Source: Bacillota bacterium | GTDB lineage: Bacteria > Bacillota > Limnochordia > DTU080 > JAAYLA01 | NCBI GenBank assembly: GCA_012522135.1 | Contig: JAAYLA010000376.1 | Coordinates: 1 to 43,066, forward strand | DNA: 43,066 nucleotides | Direction: 5' to 3' | Shown here: positions 1-7,184 of the stretch, one piece after another | Layout: each line of letters starts with the position of its first letter | How positions within the stretch are numbered: the first letter of the stretch is position 1 | The notes under the pieces: generated by a model | Told to the model about the DNA's origin: nothing | Seen by the model: only the letters and a program-made list of their open reading frames with translations | The model's database searches: none | Translations under genes and position numbers: made by a program

Positions 1-1614
1 CGGAAAACGCTCCTGCAACAGGCGAACCAAGGCTTCGGCTTCGCTCTCTGTCACGTCGGCGCCGTAGTAAAGGGTGATGATCTCGCTGTCATCGTCCCGG
101 AGGGTCTCGACGAGAGTGTAAACTGCGGCCTCAAGATCATCGCTCACACCGACGATTTCGCCTTCGGCTATGCTGAGCGTCTGACCCTCGGTAATCGTCC
201 AGCCGTTCATCTTCGCGTCACGCACGGCACGCGTGATTTCCCCGACGCGCACCGATTGCATGGCACGGCGCATGGCGTCGAGCACTTTTTCGGCCGGCTC
301 ACCGGCCGAAAACGCCATCATGGCGGCGATAGCCTGCGGCATGGACGTGGTGGGGAGCACCGACACCCGTTTTGAGCTAAGGCGGGCTACTTGTTCCGCG
401 GCAAGGCGCACGTTGCGGTTGTTCGGCAAGAGAATCACATGGGCGGCATTGACTGCCTCGACGACCGCCAGCATCTCCTCCGTGCTGGGATTCATCGACT
501 GGCCGCCTTCCACGAACTCGGAGCACCCCAGCTCGGACAAAATGGATCGAAAGCCGCTTCCCTGGACTACGGCGACCGCCGCCAACTCTTGTGCCGCGGC
601 ATTTAGAGAACGTTCGTCGGCGCGCTGAGCGCTCTCGTCCGCTGTATCGCGGTGACCGGCCTCTAGGTTTTGCAGTACCATGTTGCCTACGGAGACATCG
701 GAAAGATCGCCGAACGACGCGCAGATCTCCATGGCGCTCCACGGCTCATTGGTGTGGATGTGCACTTTGACCGTCTTGGCATCGCCTACGACGAGCAGGG
801 AGTCACCCGCTAGCTCCAGGAGGGCCGACTTGATGACTTCGCTTTGCAACTGCGCACCGTGGACCAGAAATTCAGTACAATACTTAAAGGTAATCTCGTC
901 GGTCACCCGGATCCCCGTTGCTCCCTCCCTTTTGCCCGGGAGAGCGGCAACCGTGTTCGGCGCCGCACTGAACTCCCCGACACGTGCGAGGGCGGCCGCC
1001 GTTCCGTTTTGCAAGGCGCCCAAGCTCCCGTAAGCTGCCACTAACAGACCTTCCCCCCCGGCATCGACGACGCCGGCCTCGCGCAGCACGTCGAGAAAGC
1101 GGGGCGTATCTTGCAGCATTTTTCTGGCGCCTTCGAACGCGCCGATCAAGACCTTCGAAAGCTCCAACCCTTGTTCGGCAGCTTCACGGGCAGCCTCGGC
1201 GCCGGCCCTGCCGACCGAAAGCATGGTGCCTTCCACCGGTTTCAACACCGATTCGTAGGCGGCCTTGGCAGCAGACTCGAGAGCATGAACGATCTGATAC
1301 GTATCCGCCTCTACTACGTCTTCCAGCGCTTCGGCCAGTCCACGGAAGAACTGGGACAAGATGACGCCGGAGTTGCCCCTCGCCCCGAGGAGGGCGCCTC
1401 GCGCTGCGGCCTTGACGATGCGTCCTAGATGGTCACCGCCGCACGCTTCGGCAGCTTCCAGAGCGGCCCGCATCGTCAAGGCCATATTCGTTCCCGTGTC
1501 ACCGTCCGGAACCGGAAATACGTTGAGAGCATTCACGCGCTCCTGCTCGGCTTCCAGGCGTTCCGCCCCGCCCCGCAACATAAGCAGGAACGTTCGTGCA
1601 TCTATCGACTTCAT
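1..1614 (-). CDS. fakA: DAK2-domain fatty acid kinase subunit FakA (YloV family); 3' end runs off the window
   Basis: Manual translation from ATG at 1614: MKSIDARTFLLMLRGG...VNALNVFPVPDGDTGTNM, then GNSGVILSQ, KVHIHT and a C-terminal EIITLYYG. Absent from the ORF track because the stop lies outside the window. Divergent from rpmB as in Bacillota. Confidence 0.93.
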   Translation of the reverse strand, partial: MKSIDARTFLLMLRGGAERLEAEQERVNALNVFPVPDGDTGTNMALTMRAALEAAEACGGDHLGRIVKAAARGALLGARGNSGVILSQFFRGLAEALEDVVEADTYQIVHALESAAKAAYESVLKPVEGTMLSVGRAGAEAAREAAEQGLELSKVLIGAFEGARKMLQDTPRFLDVLREAGVVDAGGEGLLVAAYGSLGALQNGTAAALARVGEFSAAPNTVAALPGKREGATGIRVTDEITFKYCTEFLVHGAQLQSEVIKSALLELAGDSLLVVGDAKTVKVHIHTNEPWSAMEICASFGDLSDVSVGNMVLQNLEAGHRDTADESAQRADERSLNAAAQELAAVAVVQGSGFRSILSELGCSEFVEGGQSMNPSTEEMLAVVEAVNAAHVILLPNNRNVRLAAEQVARLSSKRVSVLPTTSMPQAIAAMMAFSAGEPAEKVLDAMRRAMQSVRVGEITRAVRDAKMNGWTITEGQTLSIAEGEIVGVSDDLEAAVYTLVETLRDDDSEIITLYYGADVTESEAEALVRLLQERFP

Positions 1615-1687
1615 AAGCACCACCCACACGAAATATACGGCTTATTCGTTTCGTTAAGAGGCGCCGCTTTCCTCTCCGTGGTCCCGC

Positions 1688-1741
1688 TGGACATGCAAAT
1701 CCCACGTGTGCTAGAATAATACGGTACTGTGACTGGGTCAA
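1688..1741. promoter_or_regulatory. Overlapping divergent sigma-A-like promoters for rpmB and fakA
   Basis: Plus strand: TGGACA(1688-1693)-N18-TAGAAT(1712-1717) with TG extension. Minus strand: TTGACC(1741-1736)-N17-TATTCT(1718-1713). Confidence 0.5.
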
Positions 1742-1761
1742 CAAGAAGGGTGTGATTCCGT

Positions 1762-1953
1762 TTGGCTAGGCGTTGTGTCGTCTGTCAAAAGCAGACGGGA
1801 ACCGGAAACAACGTATCCCACTCCAATCGTACATCTCGTCGCACGTGGGCGCCCAACGTCCAGAAGGTCCGCATCTTGGTCGATAAGCGACCGATGCGAG
1901 CGTACGTCTGCACCCGTTGCCTCAGGGCGGGCAAGGTGCAGCGCGCTATTTAA
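1762..1953 (+). CDS. rpmB: 50S ribosomal protein bL28 (CxxC...CxxC zinc-binding form)
   Basis: MARRCVVCQK...GNNVSHSNRTSRRTWAPNVQKVR...VCTRCLRAGKV; TTG start. Confidence 0.97.
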   Translation: MARRCVVCQKQTGTGNNVSHSNRTSRRTWAPNVQKVRILVDKRPMRAYVCTRCLRAGKVQRAI

Positions 1954-1973
1954 CGGTAGGTGGCTGCGACCTG

Positions 1974-2702
1974 TCACGGGCCACGCGCTGCCTGGACGCG
2001 CCGGTTTGTGGCAGGTCGTATGGCACCTTTCCGATCGACCTCCGCCAAGGCCAGCCATTTTAAGCGCTGTGCACACACCTGTGAATATACACCATTCCAG
2101 GTGGTAACACCTTCCACACTCTCATCGTATGGCAAGACGAACGTATCGAGTCCCGCAAACGGGTTCCGGCCCCGCATTCCCCCGTTCAATATAATACGAA
2201 TCCGGCGAATATCGAGTCCTAGATCGCAAAGGCGACCCAGCATGATGTCGGTCGCTCGCAGGGCAAACGCGTCGGCGGTGGTCACGACCCAAATCACATG
2301 GGACAAGCTGAGCGCGCTGATGGTCGCAAGGTCAAGGCGATGACTCAGGTCGACGATGGCCCAGTCAAAGCCCCGAAATACGGCATTTAACGTGGCAGAC
2401 AGGTCGGAATGTTGGGCCGCAAGGGCGTCCCGCAGATCCATAGGCGCACCTACGAGACTTAAAGTGCGGTTGACGGGAACGGTTATTTTCTCCGGCGGGA
2501 AACGGTGGGCGTGGAGCAAGTGCCGCCCGGGCTGAACGCCGAGAGCGGAAGCCAAGACGCCGCCGCCGTGCAAGTCAAGGTCAACAAGGAGGGTCTTTCG
2601 CCCGCCCTCCGCCAGTCCATGGGCGAGATGGAGGCTAACGAAGGTCTTCCCGACGCCTCCCTTGCCGGACAGCACGGAGACGACCCGTGTTGCGTGCGTC
2701 AT
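1974..2702 (-). CDS. MinD/ParA-superfamily ATPase (CpaE/FlhG-like, no receiver domain)
   Basis: Deviant Walker A SGKGGVGKT, switch region LLVDLD, Walker B-like WAIVDLS; RBS AGGGTGA upstream of ATG. Confidence 0.82.
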   Translation of the reverse strand: MTHATRVVSVLSGKGGVGKTFVSLHLAHGLAEGGRKTLLVDLDLHGGGVLASALGVQPGRHLLHAHRFPPEKITVPVNRTLSLVGAPMDLRDALAAQHSDLSATLNAVFRGFDWAIVDLSHRLDLATISALSLSHVIWVVTTADAFALRATDIMLGRLCDLGLDIRRIRIILNGGMRGRNPFAGLDTFVLPYDESVEGVTTWNGVYSQVCAQRLKWLALAEVDRKGAIRPATNRRVQAARGP

Positions 2703-2736
2703 GGCGGATCACCCTGATTGCGTATGTGTGCGCGAG

Positions 2737-3218
2737 GCCGACAGCCAACCAGGGTGTCGTACCCGTGTGCTATGCACCCGATCGGTTGCAAGCCACTCCC
2801 GGCTGCCGGGGTCCCACCACCGGTCGTGCCCAACGGGGGGGTTCCCCCCTTTCGGGTGTTTTTTTATTGTGTGAACGAGGTGCACCCCGTCGGGTGCGGG
2901 ACATTCCAGCAGCCGAGGTGCCGCACCGGTCGTGTATGCCAAGGACTCCTCCATCGCCTCTATATGATTTTTGATGTAATGACCTGCCCCCACATTGGGG
3001 GCGCCACTCCTCGCAGCTAGGACCAAACGCCGGTCATGTCCAAGGGATGAAACCCCAAAGGGTGCTTCATAATCGTCTACAATCCCGGAAGTTTGATTAT
3101 CCTAGCCGGTATGCGATACGATGCGTGCGAATAAGGACGCTTACAAGCCATGCACAGGATAGGCTGCTATTTTCACCCCCTTACTGGTTGGGCGAACACC
3201 CCCTGGTTGACTGTCGGC
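2737..3218 (-). ncRNA. Large structured ncRNA (482 nt), OLE-RNA-like
   Basis: 5' GCCGACAGUCAACCAGGG pairs with 3' CCCUGGUUGGCUGUCGGC (18 bp, one G-U that works only on the minus strand). Predicted start is about 7 nt after a TTGACA-N18-TATACT promoter. Internal helices: GCUAGGA/UCCUAGC, AUAAUC/GAUUAU, AUGAAG-CCC/GGG-UUUCAU, GCCCCCA/UGGGGGC, CACCCGA/UCGGGUG, GGGG-GGAA-CCCC. No convincing ORF. The OLE assignment rests on recalled motif similarity only. Confidence 0.68.
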
Positions 3219-3224
3219 GAGGCC

Positions 3225-3254
3225 AGTATACCCAACCGGCCGGCAACTTGTCAA
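3225..3254 (-). promoter_or_regulatory. Sigma-A promoter driving the candidate ncRNA
   Basis: TTGACA (3254-3249), 18-bp spacer, TATACT (3230-3225). Same hexamers and spacing as the tRNA-Pro promoter at 12046-12075. Confidence 0.75.
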
Positions 3255-3304
3255 TTGTTTTACATATTGTATCCAATATAAATTGCATGTCGCAAATGTA
3301 AAAT

Positions 3305-3982
3305 TCACCTCGCCCCGGGGGTCGCATTGCGGACGGCCTCTTGCAACTCCCGCCAAGCAGTCGCTGGGTCGGGCTGGCCGAAAATCGCCGAACCGGCCAC
3401 GAGAATGTTTGCTCCCGCCTTACGCGCCAAAGGCGCCGTCGTTACGTCGATGCCTCCGTCGACCTGCACGTCAACGGGCAGGCCCAGATCGGCGACGCGG
3501 CGTGCAACCGCTTCTACCTTTTCCATCGTACGCGCGATGAACGCTTGACCGCCGAAGCCAGGGTTTACCGTCATGATGAGCACCAGATCAATGTCGGGCA
3601 ATAGCCACTCCACGAGGCTTACCGGCGTATGGGGGTTAAGCGCTACGCCTGCGCGAATTCCGTGCTCCTTGATCAGGTGCACGGTCCGGTGCAAATGGGG
3701 ACAAGCTTCCGCGTGCACCGTCAGCTGGTCGGCACCGGCATCCGCAAAGGCTGAGATGAAGCGGTCGGGGTGCTCGATCATCAGGTGGACATCGAAAAAC
3801 TGCTGCGTATGGGCCCGCAGCGCCTTGACTACAGGCGGACCCAGCGTGATATTCGGTACGAAAGCGCCGTCCATCACGTCGATATGCAGCCACTCCGCCT
3901 CTTTGACGCGGGCCACTTCATCGGCAAGGCGCGCGAAATCCGCCGACAAGATCGACGGCGCAACGATCACCTTTTCAGACAT
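3305..3982 (-). CDS. rpe: Ribulose-phosphate 3-epimerase
   Basis: IVAPSILSADF, HIDVMDG, DVHLM, MTVNPGFGGQ, VDGG, VAGSAIF. Start re-called to MSEK (3982). Confidence 0.96.
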   Translation of the reverse strand: MSEKVIVAPSILSADFARLADEVARVKEAEWLHIDVMDGAFVPNITLGPPVVKALRAHTQQFFDVHLMIEHPDRFISAFADAGADQLTVHAEACPHLHRTVHLIKEHGIRAGVALNPHTPVSLVEWLLPDIDLVLIMTVNPGFGGQAFIARTMEKVEAVARRVADLGLPVDVQVDGGIDVTTAPLARKAGANILVAGSAIFGQPDPATAWRELQEAVRNATPGAR

Positions 3983-4037
3983 ATGCATGCAGAGCCCTAG
4001 GATACGTCCCGGGCCCCTGCTCCTCCTCTCCTTGATC

Positions 4038-4967
4038 TCACTGATAACGACGTCTCTCCGCCTCTTCCAACTCACCAAGCAGCCGAAGGTAACGTTCGTA
4101 ACGCCCCGGGTCAATTTCGCCGGCACAGACGGCATCTCGCACGGCGCAACCCGGTTCGTTGCGGTGCAGGCACCCCGTAAAACGGCACGCGCCCCGCATC
4201 CGTCCCATCTCGGGGTAAAGCTCTGGAAGGCGTTCTAGCGAAAGCTCGCTCAAATCAAGTACGGAAAAGCCGGGCGAATCGGCGATCCAGCCTCCACCGG
4301 GCATCGGGACGAGCTCTACGGCGCGCGTCGTGTGCCGGCCGCGGCCTAGGCGCCTGCTCACTTCGCCCGTCTCGAAACGCTTTTCTTGTAGCAGCCAGTT
4401 AAGGAGGGAAGACTTACCTACTCCCGACGCGCCGGCGAGAACCGTCAGATGGCCGCTCAAGCCCCTAAGCAGCTCGTCACGACCCAGGTCGGCCTTCGGG
4501 CTCGTGACCGCCGTGGGAAAGCCCGCCCTCTCGTAAACTCGTATATACGCCTCGGCCTCCGCTCGCGAAACCAAATCGGCCTTGTTCCACACGATAAATG
4601 CCTGCAAGCCTTCGGCCTGGGTCAGAACGAGCAACCGGTCGAGTAAGTCGAGACTCGGGGGCGGCTCAGCCAAAGAAGCCACGAGTACCACCTGGTCCAC
4701 GTTGGCGATGTACGGCCGTACGAGCGTCGACCGCCGAGGCAGGACCTCTTCGACGACGCCCTCCCCGTCCCCAACGCGCGCGAAACGGACTACGTCGCCC
4801 GGCAAAATGCGGACGCCCGATTTGCGCAAACGCCCCCTCACATGGCAACGCAGCACGTCGCCGCTCGGCGTGTGCACGGTACTCGCGCCTCCAATCGCCT
4901 GCGTTACGAGTCCCAAATCCGGGTGGTAAGATCCGGAAATGCGGGTCACGATATCTCGAACGTCCAT
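4038..4967 (-). CDS. rsgA: Ribosome small subunit-dependent GTPase A (RsgA/CpgA)
   Basis: Circularly permuted GTPase: NKAD, GASGVGKSS, GRHTT, DSPG; C-terminal CRFTGCLHRNEPGC zinc finger. Confidence 0.96.
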   Translation of the reverse strand: MDVRDIVTRISGSYHPDLGLVTQAIGGASTVHTPSGDVLRCHVRGRLRKSGVRILPGDVVRFARVGDGEGVVEEVLPRRSTLVRPYIANVDQVVLVASLAEPPPSLDLLDRLLVLTQAEGLQAFIVWNKADLVSRAEAEAYIRVYERAGFPTAVTSPKADLGRDELLRGLSGHLTVLAGASGVGKSSLLNWLLQEKRFETGEVSRRLGRGRHTTRAVELVPMPGGGWIADSPGFSVLDLSELSLERLPELYPEMGRMRGACRFTGCLHRNEPGCAVRDAVCAGEIDPGRYERYLRLLGELEEAERRRYQ

Positions 4968-5017
4968 GCATACCCCCCTGGTCCTTCTCGTTGAGCCGGT
5001 GTCGAAGCGGCCGACGC

Positions 5018-7153
5018 TCAGCGGGCTTCCGCGATGAGTCCCTGGGCCCTCAGTTCGCCTCCGATATACACTTGGTACATCGCGCCCGCTCCCCGTCCTT
5101 TGAGCATGTGGGTCACACGGGCATCTCCCCGGTGCACTCCATAGTAAACACGGCGAGCGCTGATGTTGTCGATGATGACGATCTCGACTTCTTGCTCGGG
5201 ACCCGGTGGAACGTGAATCGTAATGAGCGATTGCACGATGACGTCGCCGTCGGATGCTGTCTCGTCGGTTGCCGTCTGACCTCCTGCGGACGGCACGAAA
5301 CCTATCTGCGTCGCAGCCGCCGGACGGTAGACGAAGTTGACCACTGAACCTACCTCTACCTCGGCTCCCGGCTCGGGGAATTGATCGGTCACCTGACCGG
5401 GCTGAAAGTTCGGGTCTTCTTCCCCGAACGTCTCCCCTACCACAAGGCCCAGTTCCTCGACACGCTGCACGGCAAGTTCAAGGGGCTGCCCACGAAAATC
5501 CGGCACCTGTACGAGCGGCAACGGTTCGGCGCCCGTACTGAAAACGAGATCGACGGCGGTACCGCGCAGCACACGGGCATGGGGGGCCGGGTCTTGGGCG
5601 ACGACTAAGTTGGGCGGAACATCCAATCGGTATTCCGTCGTCACCTCACCGACCTCGAGCCCCCATTGCACAAGGCGGAGCATGGCTTCACGCTCCGAGT
5701 GCATGGTCAGATCCGGCACTTCGACGATCTCTCTGCCGATGCTGACGTGAACCTCTATCTGGCGTCCCATCTTCACTGTCCGTCCGGGATCTTGCAACTG
5801 CCGCACGATCGTATTCACCGGCTGGTCCGAATTGACTTCCCGGACGATGCTCAGACCGAGGCCGTGCTCCTCCAATACGGCGCGCGCTTGCTCGACGGTC
5901 ATGCCGAGAACCTCCGGAACGACCACGTCCTCGGGAAATAGACGGTCAAAGAAGGAAAGGCCTGCCCACACCGCGCCGGAAGTGAAGGACAGAAAGATGA
6001 CGAGACCCAAAACAATGCGAAAGGCCAATGAGCGGCGTTTCTTTTTCTTGGCAGGCACCTGTTCGTCCTCCTCCTCCGGTGACGTGCCGTCTGCCTGGCC
6101 GGCTTCCGACTCGGTCCGGGACGCGCGGACGATGGTCGCCTCCAGCCCTGCCGCCCCGGCTCCCACGAGCGCCTGCTTCATTTCTTCCTCGGCCGGGAGC
6201 TGTGCTACGATCGTTGTCTCTTCATCAGGATCATGCGCCGTCCGCTCTCCCGCCGTTGCCTCCCCCGGATGATCGGGGTGCGGTCCGGGCTCCACGACCG
6301 TCACCGAGGCCGCGGCCACGGGTTCGGTCCTGGCACGATCGGCACGGACGCGCTGCAGGTCGGCCAGCATCTCGCCGATCGTCCCGTAGCGTTGGCTCGG
6401 TTCCTTTGCCATCGCCCGCAAGATCACCTTCTCCAGCGCCTCGGGTACATCGGGACACGCACGGCGCGGGGAATCCGGATCGCTCTGCAGATGTTTGAGT
6501 GCGACTGCTACGGGGCTTTCGCCGTCGAAGGGGACCTTACCCGTCACCATCTCGTAAAGAAGCACGCCGACGGAGTAGATATCGGAAAATACACCTACCT
6601 GCCGGCCAATAGCTTGTTCGGGCGACAGGTAGTGCACGGAGCCGATGACCGTTCCGGTTTGCGTCAACGTGGCCGTGCTGGCAGCCCGCGCGATGCCGAA
6701 GTCCGTCACCTTCACGTGTCCGTCGCGGGTGACCAGGATGTTGTGGGGTTTAATGTCGCGGTGAATGAGTCCCTGTTCGTGGGCCGTCTCGAGCGCCAGG
6801 CAAACTCCTTCGGCGATGTCGAGTGCCTTCGCGACCGGCAGCCGGCCTTGCTCACGCAGTATCTCCTTCAAGTTGCGACCTTCGACGTACTCCATCACGA
6901 TGTAATGCACGTCGCCGTCGGTCCCGACGTCAAATATGTTCACGACGTTAGGATGGGAAAGGCTGGCCGCCGCCTGGGCCTCACGCCGGAAGCGTTCGAC
7001 GAAGTCGGTGTCCGCGGCGTATTGGGGCCGGAGCACCTTGATCGCGACGCGTCGGCCGAGGATACGGTCGCGCGCGCGATAGACGATGGCCATACCGCCT
7101 TCGCCGCGTCGTTCTAAGATCTCGTATCGGTCGCTCAGGATCGATCCGACCAC
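5018..7153 (-). CDS. pknB: PASTA-domain Ser/Thr protein kinase (PrkC/PknB/Stk1)
   Basis: GEGGMAIVY, VAIK, HRDIKPHN, DFG, GSVHYLSPEQ; one TM helix; three PASTA repeats (VPEVLG, VPDLT, VPDFRG). Start re-called to GTG at 7153 after a GGGGGA RBS. Confidence 0.95.
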   Translation of the reverse strand: MVGSILSDRYEILERRGEGGMAIVYRARDRILGRRVAIKVLRPQYAADTDFVERFRREAQAAASLSHPNVVNIFDVGTDGDVHYIVMEYVEGRNLKEILREQGRLPVAKALDIAEGVCLALETAHEQGLIHRDIKPHNILVTRDGHVKVTDFGIARAASTATLTQTGTVIGSVHYLSPEQAIGRQVGVFSDIYSVGVLLYEMVTGKVPFDGESPVAVALKHLQSDPDSPRRACPDVPEALEKVILRAMAKEPSQRYGTIGEMLADLQRVRADRARTEPVAAASVTVVEPGPHPDHPGEATAGERTAHDPDEETTIVAQLPAEEEMKQALVGAGAAGLEATIVRASRTESEAGQADGTSPEEEDEQVPAKKKKRRSLAFRIVLGLVIFLSFTSGAVWAGLSFFDRLFPEDVVVPEVLGMTVEQARAVLEEHGLGLSIVREVNSDQPVNTIVRQLQDPGRTVKMGRQIEVHVSIGREIVEVPDLTMHSEREAMLRLVQWGLEVGEVTTEYRLDVPPNLVVAQDPAPHARVLRGTAVDLVFSTGAEPLPLVQVPDFRGQPLELAVQRVEELGLVVGETFGEEDPNFQPGQVTDQFPEPGAEVEVGSVVNFVYRPAAATQIGFVPSAGGQTATDETASDGDVIVQSLITIHVPPGPEQEVEIVIIDNISARRVYYGVHRGDARVTHMLKGRGAGAMYQVYIGGELRAQGLIAEAR

Positions 7154-7184
7154 AACAACGGTCCCCCACTCTTGAGGCACATCC

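Noticed and set aside
2835-2865. Plus-strand terminator (G-run/C-run hairpin then T tract)
   Set aside because: No plus-strand gene ends here. It reads better as a GNRA hairpin and A-rich linker of the minus-strand RNA.
2818-3045. Degenerate CRISPR array
   Set aside because: Repeats are short and imperfect, spacers are about 85 nt and structured, and there are no cas genes.
2737-3218. RNase P RNA, tmRNA, group I/II intron or c-di-GMP riboswitch
   Set aside because: Lacks GAGGAAAGUCC, a tRNA-like T-arm with CCA, group II domain V and the GCAAA/GAAA riboswitch pattern.
2732-3224. MITE or invertible segment: 18-bp terminal inverted repeats flanked by GAG on both sides (GCGAGGCC repeated)
   Set aside because: The single mismatch is a strand-specific G-U, the promoter points at the repeat start, the interior is highly structured, and no transposase or invertase is nearby. 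An RNA closing helix fits better. A genome-wide copy search would settle it.
2709-3301. ORFs of 70-105 aa on both strands, plus short peptides MKIAAYPVHGL and MWGQVITSKII (possible spoVM)
   Set aside because: No recognisable homology, no SpoVM pattern, and they overlap the structured RNA candidate.
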